64,000 nt of DNA, from assembly GCA_963805085.1 (NCBI GenBank), contig CAWDTA010000001.1, forward strand, positions 288,001-352,000. Direction: 5' to 3'. Below the pieces are notes generated by a model, which was not told the origin of the DNA, ran no database searches, and saw nothing but the letters and a program-made list of their open reading frames with translations. Source of the stretch: an uncultured Veillonellaceae bacterium. GTDB taxonomy: Bacteria > Bacillota > Negativicutes > JARBTT01. The translations under genes and the position numbers were made by a program. Below, one piece after another: positions 1 to 11,142 of this stretch (its first letter is position 1; every line of letters starts with the position of its first letter).

Positions 1-358
1 CGATAGAAAATAGTGAAATTTGCATAAAATGTTATCAACAAAGCAAGATTTTTTAAAGTGGTAGAATTTTTGTGTTTTATTATGAACACCTTCAAAAGGC
101 TAGAAAACTTCAATGAGGGGCTATGCCTATAAATAAATTCACTACAATTTATGGGATGAAGGACATTGGAAAGTCTCACGTACGGTTTGATGATTTTTAC
201 TAATAATTCTAAGCATTTCTCAGTATGTGTTATTTAAAACGAATGCAAAATCAAAAGCCAGCTTCGATTATAATAAAAAAGCTTCCTATCAGGTTTGTAT
301 TTAGAAAAATCAAAACCGGATAGGAAGCTTTTATTCTTAGGATCCATTCTAGCAGATA

Positions 359-2482
359 TTATATTTTGAATCTAAAGATTGCGGATTGTAGCTCTTCTGA
401 TATTTTCGCTAAGGCTTGACTTGAAACAGCGATTTCCTGCATCGCTGCAGTCTGTTCCTTAGTTGCTGCAGATATAGTCTGGGTTTGTTTTGCTGTTATT
501 TTGGTTTCTTTATCAATTTTCTGTACAGCATCTACCACGTGTTGACTTCCAGTTGTTATATCCTGAGTAGAAGTAGCTATTTCGTGTATTTGATTTGATA
601 TTTCTCTAATCATCTTGAGGATTTCACGAAAATTTTGGCCAGCTATATTTACAATTTCCGTACCTGCAATTACTTCATTTCGACCTTCATTCATAAAAGT
701 GACTGCAGTATTGGTTTTTTTTTGAACTTCATCAATAAGCATAGCGATTTGTTTTGCAGAAATTTCTGATTGTTCTGCCAACTTTCGAACTTCATCAGCA
801 ACCACAGAGAATCCTTTGCCAAAATCTCCTGCTCTTGCCGCTTCAATAGCCGCGTTTAATGCCAAAAGGTTTGTCTGTCCAGCGATAGCAGATATAGTTT
901 CCACTATTTGCCCAATTTGTGTTGATTTCTCATCTAATTCGTGAATTACATTTGCAATAGCTGCTGTTTTCTGCTCAATTATAACCATTTGATTCATTGC
1001 TTGTACGACTGTTTGCTCACCATTGGTTGCTGCGGCTTCTGTTTTTTTCGTTGAATCTGTTGCTGTCATCGTGTTGTCGGAAACTTGATGCATTGTCTTC
1101 GATATTTGTGCAATGATGTCTGTTGCAGATTCTACTAAATTAAGCTGCTTTTCTGCGCCCTGTGCTACCTCTGTAATGGAATCAGCCACTTGATTGGCTG
1201 ATTGTGCAGAGTGTTCGGCACTGGCGTTCATCTCTTCAGAAGTGCTCGACATATGGTCAACAGTTTCACGTAAATTAGCAACTAGAGATCGCAAAGATTC
1301 GGTCATATTGTTAAAAACAAGTCCAATGGTTTTTAACTCATCTGTAGTACCGATTTCAACCTGAGTATTTAATCTGCCATCGGCTACTAATGCAGCTACA
1401 TCTTTAAAATTACTGATCACTTGTTTTATTGATAGGTGAAAAGCCTGTAAAAGATATATTACAAAAAGCAAAACTAGTAAAGATATAGCACTAACGATAT
1501 TTCGCAAGAGTTCATTTTTTGTAATACGGTCTTCCAACATTTTATCAAGCGTTAAGATTCCTGTATCGTAAAATTTGTAGTTAGCTTCAATTCCTGCAGT
1601 AACAGCATTAAAATATTCAGTTGGTTTTATGGTAATCTCTTTAGCATTTATAATATTAGTATTCAATAAATCTAATACATTTTGAGTCAGTACAGTAGAT
1701 TCTTGGCTATTTGCATTCAGAATATTTTTTAATTCGTTATTTTGTTGATAAACAAAACTGATTTTTTTACTCATATCTTGTAAAGATGCACTGAGGTTTT
1801 TTGATAAAACAACTAACTCAATTTTTTCATCTACGGTAAGTGCTTTTTTTGCTGCTATGCCAGCACCTTTAGCTCTAACTTGTCCTAAAGATTCAATTTC
1901 GTTGAGAAGCTTATCCCCGATTGCAGTAATTAGAAAGTTAGTATCAGGTTTCGGGTCAAGAGACAAATTTGATTCTGTTGAAACCTGTTTGGTCAGATCA
2001 ATTAATTCAGCTATGAGTGCGGTATGACGAGTAAAACTATTCTTTGAACTTAGTGTAAATAAATCATTTTTTAAAGCGAGCCATTTTTTTGTTGCTGCAT
2101 GCCAAGGTTCAGCTACTTTTAATGTAGGATTGGATTTTTGGTCCATTGCTTCAATTGCTTGAATATCTTTATTAATTTGATCTTCTTTAGCTAAAAGTTT
2201 TTCTTTAAATAATGGGTCTCCGTTTAAAAATGCACTAGACATGCCACGATGTTGTTGCGTATCATCAATCAATTGTTTCACTGCACTATTGTATTCAAGT
2301 CCGATTCGTTCTCGCTGGGCGAAATCAATCTGGTGATTGATTTCGCCTACTAATAAATATAGAGTAATTGCCAGTGGCACCAAGCAAAATAACCCGACTA
2401 ATAAAAATTTTTGCGAAAATTGTAGACGGTTCATCAATGAAACAGCAGGGTTAAACAATCGTCTCATACTATATACCTCCAT
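359..2482 (-). CDS. Methyl-accepting chemotaxis protein with NIT-like (nitrate/nitrite) sensor domain
   Basis: Two TM segments, HAMP region, MCP signature [20 protein letters not shown]; periplasmic QQHRGMSS and LGQVRA motifs resemble NIT domains. Confidence 0.85.
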   Translation of the reverse strand: MEVYSMRRLFNPAVSLMNRLQFSQKFLLVGLFCLVPLAITLYLLVGEINHQIDFAQRERIGLEYNSAVKQLIDDTQQHRGMSSAFLNGDPLFKEKLLAKEDQINKDIQAIEAMDQKSNPTLKVAEPWHAATKKWLALKNDLFTLSSKNSFTRHTALIAELIDLTKQVSTESNLSLDPKPDTNFLITAIGDKLLNEIESLGQVRAKGAGIAAKKALTVDEKIELVVLSKNLSASLQDMSKKISFVYQQNNELKNILNANSQESTVLTQNVLDLLNTNIINAKEITIKPTEYFNAVTAGIEANYKFYDTGILTLDKMLEDRITKNELLRNIVSAISLLVLLFVIYLLQAFHLSIKQVISNFKDVAALVADGRLNTQVEIGTTDELKTIGLVFNNMTESLRSLVANLRETVDHMSSTSEEMNASAEHSAQSANQVADSITEVAQGAEKQLNLVESATDIIAQISKTMHQVSDNTMTATDSTKKTEAAATNGEQTVVQAMNQMVIIEQKTAAIANVIHELDEKSTQIGQIVETISAIAGQTNLLALNAAIEAARAGDFGKGFSVVADEVRKLAEQSEISAKQIAMLIDEVQKKTNTAVTFMNEGRNEVIAGTEIVNIAGQNFREILKMIREISNQIHEIATSTQDITTGSQHVVDAVQKIDKETKITAKQTQTISAATKEQTAAMQEIAVSSQALAKISEELQSAIFRFKI

Positions 2483-2665
2483 GATAAAATATATATGAAC
2501 TCTTTAGTAAAAGCTTAAAACGGTAACATTCAAATTTTTAGCATCAATTTTTATAACATAAATTTTGCAGGTAAACCTAGTTATATCAAGGTCACCTGCA
2601 AAATTTTGTGAGTGAGGTTTAAGTGGGTAATTGCCGCGATTGTTTGCTAATCAAAAAAAAAGGTA

Positions 2666-3967
2666 TTAGCATTTTACCTCGGCATTTTTTCGTGCGTAGT
2701 AATAATAAGTTAAGAAAATAGTGATTATATAGTAAGCAATTAATAAATAAAAGGCAATGCTAACATCTTTGAAAGCACTATAAGACCAGCCAAAAATTTT
2801 AGGAATGACAAAAGCACCATAAGCGGCAATTGCTGCGGTAAAACCAGAGGCGAGGGAAGATTGTTGTGCATTGAAGATGTTAGGAATCATACGGAAAGTA
2901 GATCCATTCGCAAGCCCTGTCATCGCAAAAAGAACCAAGAAACAAATAAAGAATGGAATGAATTGGTGCGCTTGAATAAAGAATATTACGCCAATGGTTG
3001 ATAGTAATAAAACGATAAAAGCATAAAACGTAACTTTAGCACCACTATCAATTTTATCAGATAACCAACCACCAAAAGGGCGTATGCATGCACCGATAAA
3101 TGGACCTAAGAATGCAGCGAATGTAAACGATATTTCGGGAAATTCTTTGTTTACAAGCAGTGATAATGCGGCTGAAAACCCGATGAAAGAGCCAAAACAA
3201 CAAGTATAAATCCAAGTCATAATCCAAGTGTGTTTCTCTTTAAATAATGCGAGGATTGATTTTGGCGATTGTTTTACATTGGGTAGATTATCCATAAAGT
3301 AGAATGCTAGAACTACGGTAAGGATAATCGGCAAAATCCAAACATAAACGATGTTTTGTAGATAAATTTCAGTGCCTGCTTTTGTCACTTGTGGATTACC
3401 AAAAATTCCTTTGAAAATAGATGTGGTCATTGCGAGTGGAGCAATGAAATAAATTAGAGATACACCTAGATTACCAACTCCACCATTAATCCCTAACGCA
3501 GTTCCTTTTTTGATACGTGGATAAAAGTTCCCGATGTTTGCCATCGAAGACGAAAAGTTACCACCAGCAACACCGCAAAGTGAAACAAAGAAAAATAATG
3601 TGTCATAAGAGGTTGTTGGATCTTGGAGTGCATTTCCGAGACCAACAACCGGAATAATTAAAATTGCTGTAGAAATGATTGTCCAGGTTCTTCCACCTAA
3701 AATGCTTGGCATATAAGTATAAACTAGACGACAAGTTGCACCTACAAGTCCAGGCAAGGCTGCTAGGGTAAATAATTGATTATCTGATAAATTAAAACCA
3801 ATGCTGTTTAAATGAATAGCGATGGTTGCCCATAATTGCCAAATAGCGAAGGATAAGGTAAGTGCGATTGTAGATACAAATAAATTTTGTCTTGCAATGT
3901 TTTTCCCTTGAGATTCCCAGAAGTCAACATCTTCAGGAATCCAAGTTTGTACTCTGTTTGAAGTCAT
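2666..3967 (-). CDS. narK: NarK-family nitrate/nitrite MFS transporter
   Basis: WIPEDxxFWE N-terminus, GGNFSSSMANI and GINGGVGNLG nitrate-signature motifs, ~12 TM. Confidence 0.92.
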   Translation of the reverse strand: MTSNRVQTWIPEDVDFWESQGKNIARQNLFVSTIALTLSFAIWQLWATIAIHLNSIGFNLSDNQLFTLAALPGLVGATCRLVYTYMPSILGGRTWTIISTAILIIPVVGLGNALQDPTTSYDTLFFFVSLCGVAGGNFSSSMANIGNFYPRIKKGTALGINGGVGNLGVSLIYFIAPLAMTTSIFKGIFGNPQVTKAGTEIYLQNIVYVWILPIILTVVLAFYFMDNLPNVKQSPKSILALFKEKHTWIMTWIYTCCFGSFIGFSAALSLLVNKEFPEISFTFAAFLGPFIGACIRPFGGWLSDKIDSGAKVTFYAFIVLLLSTIGVIFFIQAHQFIPFFICFLVLFAMTGLANGSTFRMIPNIFNAQQSSLASGFTAAIAAYGAFVIPKIFGWSYSAFKDVSIAFYLLIAYYIITIFLTYYYYARKNAEVKC

Positions 3968-4155
3968 AGCTAGGCCACCTTTTTATGATATTTTCTTTGT
4001 AAAATGATGCAAATAATAAATAATTTGTAATTTATTTATTATTTGTGGTATTTACGAATAAATGAATTATCGTATATACTTTAGAAAAGACAAAAATATT
4101 TTAAAAATTCAATATATTCATAATTACCAGTTTAAACTTTAGATGATAATCTGTA

Positions 4156-4171
4156 AGTGATAAACATCACT
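4156..4171. promoter_or_regulatory. Fnr/Crp-type box between narK and fnr
   Basis: AGTGA-taaaca-TCACT palindrome vs Bacillus Fnr consensus TGTGA-N6-TCACA. Confidence 0.6.
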
Positions 4172-4172
4172 C

Positions 4173-4886
4173 ATGAGCAAGAGAGAATGGAGCGGTCAAG
4201 TGGAAAAAGATTACGCAGATATTGTAAAACAGTTTTATCAAGTTCCAGGCATTGTAATAAAAACAAAAAAAGGTCAGTTCTTATTTCATGAGGGTGCTGA
4301 AGCTAAATATTTCTTTTTTGTAATGAAAGGCCAAATTAGAATTACAAAGTATGTAAATACAGGCAAAGAATTATCCTTAAGATTGACAAGTAAAGACAGC
4401 ATTATTGGCGAATTGCCATTATTTCAGCAGAAGCCAATTTATATTTTCAATGCGATAGCAGAAAAGAATAGTGAAGTTTATGCGATTACTTTTCCTGTCA
4501 TGGAAGAATATTTGAATAGTAATTTACACTTAGCAGTAGATTTATTAAAAATTATTAGTGAACATATGCGAAAGCAGCATTTAAAGTTCAGAGATTTAGT
4601 TTTGTATGGAAAAAAAGGTGCGCTTTGTTCTACGCTAATTCGACTTTGTAATAGCTATGGGAAAGATACAAAAAACGGAATATTAATAGAGGTTACACTA
4701 ACGAATCAAGAACTAGCAAATTATAGTGCAACAGCACGAGAAAGTTTAAATCGCATGTTAAATGAATTAAAAAAACAAGAGGTTATTGGCTATGTTGGAA
4801 ACTATATTATCGTAAAAAATATTCAGTATTTACGTAATGAAATCAACTGTGAAATGTGTGATGCAAGCATTTGCAATATTGAATAA
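4173..4886 (+). CDS. fnr: Bacillus-type Fnr anaerobic regulator (Crp/Fnr family)
   Basis: cNMP-binding fold plus HTH (TNQELANYSATARESLNRML); C-terminal CEMCDASIC Cys cluster like B. subtilis Fnr; true start may be GTG at 4200. Confidence 0.9.
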   Translation: MSKREWSGQVEKDYADIVKQFYQVPGIVIKTKKGQFLFHEGAEAKYFFFVMKGQIRITKYVNTGKELSLRLTSKDSIIGELPLFQQKPIYIFNAIAEKNSEVYAITFPVMEEYLNSNLHLAVDLLKIISEHMRKQHLKFRDLVLYGKKGALCSTLIRLCNSYGKDTKNGILIEVTLTNQELANYSATARESLNRMLNELKKQEVIGYVGNYIIVKNIQYLRNEINCEMCDASICNIE

Positions 4887-5243
4887 AAAAGATCATTAAA
4901 AATTTTGTACAGAAAATAATTGTTTTATTGATAAATGTCACAGATAATTAATTTTTGAGTTGTTATACTAGGGATGACGATGTAACCCCATAAATAGATT
5001 CCTAAAATACACTAACAGCCACCTTCATGCCTAGAGAAGGTGGCTGGCTAAAAATACTATGATTCATTTTAATATAGAGCCTCCTTAAAGGCATAGTATT
5101 GTTTTTATCGCGAACAGTAAAAATAATATCGATGCCTGCTTGTGCCTAACGACATACCAGAAAATTTAGTGCGTCTGTACTGAATTTCCCTGGTATTTTT
5201 TTTATGACAATTTTTTAAAAAAGTTGTTGTTTATATAACGAAG

Positions 5244-5259
5244 AGTGAGAATTGTCACA
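5244..5259. promoter_or_regulatory. Fnr box upstream of narG
   Basis: AGTGA-gaattg-TCACA, 9/10 match to TGTGA-N6-TCACA, about 30 bp upstream of a TAATAT -10-like hexamer. Confidence 0.7.
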
Positions 5260-5318
5260 TTCAGATAATTTTAGAAAATGTAATATAAACTCATAGCTTG
5301 GAGAAAGGGTGTAGTTTG

Positions 5319-8300
5319 ATGAGCAAGTCTTATTCGATTTTAAATAAATTAAAGTATTTATTGCCAATAGAGAAAAGTACAGAAAATCATAGTCAAACAT
5401 TAGTTGGAGAGCGTGATTGGGAAAATGTTTATCGTAAGAGATTATCTTATGATAAAGTGGTTCGTTCTACGCATGGAGTGAATTGTACGGGTTCTTGTAG
5501 TTGGAATGTATTTGTAAAAAATGGCATTGTGACTTGGGAAGGACAAAAAACGGATTATCCTTGTACAGATCCAGACATGCCAGATTTTGAGCCACGAGGA
5601 TGCCCTCGAGGTGCATCGTTTTCCTGGTATATTTATAGCCCGTTGCGCGTGAAGTATCCATATGTTCGTGGTGTATTGTGGAGTTTATGGCAAGCAGCAA
5701 AGAAAAACCACGAAACAGCAATTGAGGCTTGGGCATCGATTGTTGAAGATGAAGAAAAAGCAAAATCATATAAATCTGCTCGAGGTATGGGCGGATTTGT
5801 TCGTGTAGCGTGGGACGAAGTTACCGAAATGATTGCAGCTTCGTTATTATATACTGTTGAAAAATATGGTCCAGATAGAAACTTTGCGTTTTCGCCAATT
5901 CCAGCAATGTCTATGCTGAGTTATGCAGGTGGCGCAAGATTTATGAATCTTATGGGGGGCGCTTGTTTAAGTTTTTATGACTGGTATGCAGACTTGCCGC
6001 CCGCGAGTCCACAAATTTGGGGCGATCAAACCGACGTTCCAGAAAGTAGTGACTGGTATAATGCTGGTTATATTATGACTTGGGGATCTAATGTTCCGTT
6101 GACGCGAACTCCAGATGCACATTTTTTAACCGAGGTTCGCTACAAGGGTACAAAAGTTGTTTCCTTATCACCGGATTATGCAGAATCGACGACCGTTGCT
6201 GATGAATGGTTGAATGTGAAACAAGGTACCGATGGAGCCATTGCTATGGCTATGGGACATGTAATTTTAAAAGAATACTATGTGGAACAAAAAGTAGAAT
6301 ATTTTACGGAGTATTCAAAACAATATACAGATTTTCCGTTTTTAGTTAGATTGAAAAAGCAAGGCGATGTATTCGTTACTGAGCGGTTTCTAAATAGTGA
6401 TGACATTGGTCGGAAAAATTCTCGTGGTGATTTTAAACCAGCTCTTTGGAATGATTTAACGAATCAATTTGCTGTACCAAATGGAACCATGGGATCACGA
6501 TGGGAAAATCAAAAAAAATGGAACCTACGCCTTGTCGATGTAGATTCAGAAGAAAAAATTGATCCGCGCTTATCTTTGCTTGGAATCGAAGATACTTGCG
6601 TTACAATCAAAGTTCCGTATTTTGCAAATGGCAATAAAGAAACACTCATGCGGGCTGTGCCTGTGAAAAAAGTAGAAACACCAGATGGTAGTGTTTATGT
6701 AACGACTGTTTATGACTTAACGCTTGCAAACTATGGCATAGACCGTGGTATTGGCGGAGAATGTGCTAAATCATTACTAGATAAAGTTCCGTTTACACCT
6801 GCATGGCAAGAAGAGATTACTGGGGTGAAAGCTGAAATTGTTACTAAAGTAGCACGTGAATTTGCAGATAACGCGATTAAAACAAAAGGACGATCAATGA
6901 TTATTGTTGGGGCTGGGATCAACCATTGGTATCATTCTGACATCATTTATCGCGCGGTCTTAAACTTAGTACTTTTTGTTGGGGCTCAAGGTGTGAACGG
7001 TGGCGGTTGGGCGCATTATGTTGGGCAAGAAAAACTACGCCCGGTAGAAGGCTGGCAGACGATTATGACTGCGAAAGACTGGCAAGGTCCACCGAGATTA
7101 CAAAATAGTACTTCCTTCTTTTATTTTGCAACGGATCAATGGCGTTATGAGGACATGGATAATGCAGATTTGGTATCACCATTGGTTGATGAACCGAGAT
7201 ATCATCATTCCGGTGATTACAACGTAATGGCAGCGCGACTCGGCTGGTTGCCATCCTATCCAACCTTCGAAAAGTCTGGACAAAAATTATATCAAGAAGC
7301 AAAAGACAATGGTTACACGACCAATGAAGAGATTGGTAAATATATTGCTGAACAATTAAAAGAAAAAAAATTAGCATTTGCTTTAGAGAATCCTGATGCA
7401 AAAGAAAATTTCCCGCGCAATTTATTTGTCTGGCGTTCCAATTTGATTTCCTCATCATCTAAAGGTCATGAATATTTTCTAAAACATTTATTGGGAACAA
7501 AAAATGGTTTGCTGAATGACGATGAAGATTCGTTAAGACCGAAAGAAATCAAATGGAGTGAAAGTGGAGCAGAAGGAAAAGTAGACTTACTCATTAATTT
7601 AGATTTTCGTATGGCAGGAACAGCGCTTTATTCCGATATTGTTTTACCTGCGGCAACTTGGTATGAAAAACATGACTTATCAAGTACTGATATGCATCCG
7701 TTTATTCATCCATTCAATCCAGCAATTCAAAATCCGTGGGAAACAAAATCTGATTGGGAAATTTTCAAAACGCTTGCAAAAGCAGTATCTGATCTTGCAA
7801 TAAAAGTTGAGATGAAGCCATATCAAGATGTTGTTGCTATGCCGATTCAACATGATACACCAGGAGAGATGGCACAACCATTAGGCAAAATCAAAGATTG
7901 GTCGAAAGGTGAATGTGATCCAATTCCGGGCAAAACAATGCCACAGCTTGTACCTGTTGAGCGTGATTATAAACTGATTTACCAAAAACATATTGCATTA
8001 GGGCCCAATGTGGAAAAACAACCATTAGGGACTAAAGGAATTAGTTGGTCGGCAAAAACTGAATATGACCAATTAAAATCAATCAATGGCACAATCAAAG
8101 ATAAAAATTCAATAGGTTTTGGTTGTCCTGATATTTCAACAGCCTTGCAAGCAAGTGAAGCTGTTTTGACATTATCATCAACTTCTAATGGTAAAGTTGC
8201 AGTAAGAGGATGGGAAGCGCTTGAAAAGATAACAGATTTATCTTTGAAAGATTTAGCAACAGAGCGCGAAGAAGAAAGATTTACCTTTGCACAAATTACA

Positions 8301-9002
8301 GCACAACCGAAGACGGTAATCACTTCTCCAGCGTTTACTGGTTCAGAAAAAGGCGGTCGGCGTTATTCTCCGTTTACAACAAATGTAGAACGGCTAATAC
8401 CATATCGTACAATAACAGGCAGACAGTCTTATTACTTAGATCATGAAATGATGTTTGAATGGGGAGAAAGCTTAGCAACTTATAAACCAGTACTCAATCA
8501 TCTGCCATTCCGTAAAAATAAACCTGCAACTAAAGGCAAAGAAATTACTTTAAATTATCTGACGCCGCATAATAAATGGAGTGTCCATAGTATGTATTTT
8601 GATAGCCAGCATATGTTGACGTTATTTCGCGGTGGACCAACCGTTTGGCTCAATAAAGATGACGCAGAATCTATTGATGTACAAGATAATGATTGGATTG
8701 AGTTATATAACCGCAATGGTGTTGTTGTTGCACGTGCTGTTGTTACGCATCGGATGCCAAGAGGAATGGCATATATGCATCATGCCCAAGATCGTCACAT
8801 TAATGTACCTGGTTCAGATATTTCTGGCACCCGTGGTGGCACCCACAATACGCCAACACGTATCCATGTGAAACCAACGCATATGATTGGTGGGTATGGA
8901 CAATTAAGCTATGGTTTTAATTACTATGGACCAACGGGCAATCAGCGTGATTTAAATGTTGTCATTCGGAAGCTAGAGGAGGTTGATTGGCTTGAAGATT
9001 AA
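5319..9002 (+). CDS. narG: Respiratory nitrate reductase alpha subunit
   Basis: RSTHGVNCTGSCSW and PRGCPRGASFSWY motifs; ATG 5319 after AAAGGG RBS. Confidence 0.98.
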   Translation: MSKSYSILNKLKYLLPIEKSTENHSQTLVGERDWENVYRKRLSYDKVVRSTHGVNCTGSCSWNVFVKNGIVTWEGQKTDYPCTDPDMPDFEPRGCPRGASFSWYIYSPLRVKYPYVRGVLWSLWQAAKKNHETAIEAWASIVEDEEKAKSYKSARGMGGFVRVAWDEVTEMIAASLLYTVEKYGPDRNFAFSPIPAMSMLSYAGGARFMNLMGGACLSFYDWYADLPPASPQIWGDQTDVPESSDWYNAGYIMTWGSNVPLTRTPDAHFLTEVRYKGTKVVSLSPDYAESTTVADEWLNVKQGTDGAIAMAMGHVILKEYYVEQKVEYFTEYSKQYTDFPFLVRLKKQGDVFVTERFLNSDDIGRKNSRGDFKPALWNDLTNQFAVPNGTMGSRWENQKKWNLRLVDVDSEEKIDPRLSLLGIEDTCVTIKVPYFANGNKETLMRAVPVKKVETPDGSVYVTTVYDLTLANYGIDRGIGGECAKSLLDKVPFTPAWQEEITGVKAEIVTKVAREFADNAIKTKGRSMIIVGAGINHWYHSDIIYRAVLNLVLFVGAQGVNGGGWAHYVGQEKLRPVEGWQTIMTAKDWQGPPRLQNSTSFFYFATDQWRYEDMDNADLVSPLVDEPRYHHSGDYNVMAARLGWLPSYPTFEKSGQKLYQEAKDNGYTTNEEIGKYIAEQLKEKKLAFALENPDAKENFPRNLFVWRSNLISSSSKGHEYFLKHLLGTKNGLLNDDEDSLRPKEIKWSESGAEGKVDLLINLDFRMAGTALYSDIVLPAATWYEKHDLSSTDMHPFIHPFNPAIQNPWETKSDWEIFKTLAKAVSDLAIKVEMKPYQDVVAMPIQHDTPGEMAQPLGKIKDWSKGECDPIPGKTMPQLVPVERDYKLIYQKHIALGPNVEKQPLGTKGISWSAKTEYDQLKSINGTIKDKNSIGFGCPDISTALQASEAVLTLSSTSNGKVAVRGWEALEKITDLSLKDLATEREEERFTFAQITAQPKTVITSPAFTGSEKGGRRYSPFTTNVERLIPYRTITGRQSYYLDHEMMFEWGESLATYKPVLNHLPFRKNKPATKGKEITLNYLTPHNKWSVHSMYFDSQHMLTLFRGGPTVWLNKDDAESIDVQDNDWIELYNRNGVVVARAVVTHRMPRGMAYMHHAQDRHINVPGSDISGTRGGTHNTPTRIHVKPTHMIGGYGQLSYGFNYYGPTGNQRDLNVVIRKLEEVDWLED

Positions 9003-10434
9003 AGCACAGATTTCGATGGTGATGAATCTAGATAAATGTATTGGTTGTCACACTTGTTCTATTACCTGTAAAAATACATGGACCAATCGTAAAGGCGCGG
9101 AGTATATGTATTTTAACAATGTGGAGACAAAACCGGGAATTGGCTATCCAAAACAATGGGAAGATCAAGAAAAATACAAGGGTGGCTGGGAACTCAAAAA
9201 AGGCGAATTAACGTTAAAGTCAGGTTCAAAAACCAATCGACTATTGAATTTATTTTACAACCCACATCAACCTGGAATTGATGACTACTATGAACCATGG
9301 ACATATAACTATGAAACTTTAACAAATAGTCCACGGAGAAAACATCAACCAGTCGCTCGCCCAAAATCAACACTTACAGGAAAATTTATGGACATTAAAT
9401 GGGGCCCAAATTGGGAAGATGATTTAGCCGGCGGTCATAAGACTGGCTTATTGGATCCCAATGTACGTAAGATGGAAGAATCGATTCGTACCGAATTTGA
9501 AGAAGTTTTTATGCGATATCTTCCACGTATATGTGAACATTGTCTGAATCCAGCCTGTGTTGCGTCTTGTCCATCTGGGGCAATGTATAAACGTGATGAA
9601 GATGGCATTGTCCTAGTTGACCAAAATGCCTGTCGTGCATGGCGGCAGTGTATTTCCGCTTGTCCTTATAAAAAAGTGTACTTTAACTGGGAAACGAATA
9701 AAGCTGAAAAATGTATTCTTTGTTTTCCTCGAGTGGAAAATGGATTGCCAACAATTTGTTCAGAAACTTGTGTAGGACGTATGCGGTATTTGGGCGTGAT
9801 TCTTTATGATGCTGATCGCGCACTTGAAATGGCTTCGGCAGAGGATGAAAAAGATTTATATAAAAAGCAATTAGAAATATTTTTAGATCCAAACGATCCA
9901 GAAGTGATGCGTGAAGCAAGAAAAGAAGGTATTCCAGAAGAATGGCTTGCGTATGCAAAAAAATCGCCTGTTTATAAACTAATAAAAGAGTGGAAAATTG
10001 CTTTGCCACTACATCCTGAATATCGTACATTACCAATGGTTTGGTATATTCCACCGCTTAGCCCGATTATGAATCAATTTGAGGGGCAAGGAAGTCCGTA
10101 TGATAAAGATACATTATTCCCCGCAGTTGATCAGATGAGAATTCCAATTCAATATTTAGCAGAAATTCTAGCTGCTGGTGATGACACAGTGATTCGGAGT
10201 GTATTAAAAAAACTAGCGATGATGCGCTATTACATGCGGGCAATCAGCATAAAAGAAAGCATTCATACAGATCTAGATGAAATAAATTTGACTGGCGAAC
10301 AAATAGAAGAAATGTATCGTTTACTTGCAATTGCAAAATACGAAAACCGATTTGTTGTACCAAATTCGCATCGTGAAGAAGTGGAAAATTTGTATAAAGC
10401 ACAAGGCTCTTGTGGCTTAGAATTTAATGATTGA
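8992..10434 (+). CDS. narH: Respiratory nitrate reductase beta subunit
   Basis: MKIKAQ..NLDKCIGCHTCSITCK and CEHCLNPAC Fe-S motifs; TTG start after GAGGAGG. Confidence 0.97.
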   Translation: MKIKAQISMVMNLDKCIGCHTCSITCKNTWTNRKGAEYMYFNNVETKPGIGYPKQWEDQEKYKGGWELKKGELTLKSGSKTNRLLNLFYNPHQPGIDDYYEPWTYNYETLTNSPRRKHQPVARPKSTLTGKFMDIKWGPNWEDDLAGGHKTGLLDPNVRKMEESIRTEFEEVFMRYLPRICEHCLNPACVASCPSGAMYKRDEDGIVLVDQNACRAWRQCISACPYKKVYFNWETNKAEKCILCFPRVENGLPTICSETCVGRMRYLGVILYDADRALEMASAEDEKDLYKKQLEIFLDPNDPEVMREARKEGIPEEWLAYAKKSPVYKLIKEWKIALPLHPEYRTLPMVWYIPPLSPIMNQFEGQGSPYDKDTLFPAVDQMRIPIQYLAEILAAGDDTVIRSVLKKLAMMRYYMRAISIKESIHTDLDEINLTGEQIEEMYRLLAIAKYENRFVVPNSHREEVENLYKAQGSCGLEFND

Positions 10435-10481
10435 CTTGGAGCTTATGACAGTACTTAAGAATGAAGAGGAGGCGCAGAAGC

Positions 10482-11045
10482 ATGTCGTCAATTATTACAA
10501 TGGATATAAAGCAAATTCGAAAAGTATTTTCTGTTTGTGGTATCCTTCTCCAGTATCCAGATGCGACATGGCATAATTCAAAAACAGAATTTGCCAAAAG
10601 CATAAAAGAAATTCCACATCGACAGATCGCCGCTTTGTTAGAAAAGTTTTTAGTATTAACGAATGAAATGTCTGCGGAAGATTTTACCAAAAACTATGTT
10701 CGTGAGTTTGATTTTAGTAAAAATACAAATTTTTATTTAACTTATTATAATCAAGGTGAACAAAGAGAACGTGGCTTAGAAATTTTATCGCTGAAAGAAC
10801 AATATATGGCAGCTGGTTTTGACGTAAATGCGATAGAATTGCCAGACTATTTGCCAGTTTTATTAGAGTTTGCATCTATAGCGCCTAAAGAAAATGTAAA
10901 AGAAGTTTTGAAAGTTTATACAAAACATATCGAAGAATTAAGAAAAAGACTTATTGAAGATAACAGTTTCTATACTTTTATTTTTGATGCTATTTTGATT
11001 GCAATAGAGCTCTTTGTAGAAAGACCAACTATTAAAAGTCAATAG
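10482..11045 (+). CDS. narJ: Nitrate reductase molybdenum cofactor assembly chaperone; last codons supplied by the IS110 end
   Basis: LLQYPD, RERG and ELPDYLPVLLEF motifs; operon position. Confidence 0.93.
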   Translation: MSSIITMDIKQIRKVFSVCGILLQYPDATWHNSKTEFAKSIKEIPHRQIAALLEKFLVLTNEMSAEDFTKNYVREFDFSKNTNFYLTYYNQGEQRERGLEILSLKEQYMAAGFDVNAIELPDYLPVLLEFASIAPKENVKEVLKVYTKHIEELRKRLIEDNSFYTFIFDAILIAIELFVERPTIKSQ

Positions 11046-11142
11046 AGAAAATCAATACATCTTAGAAAATAACATTTAATATTTATGCACAACAAATAGA
11101 CCTGCTTTTGACAGGTCGAAAAAGGCATATTAAATTATTTTC

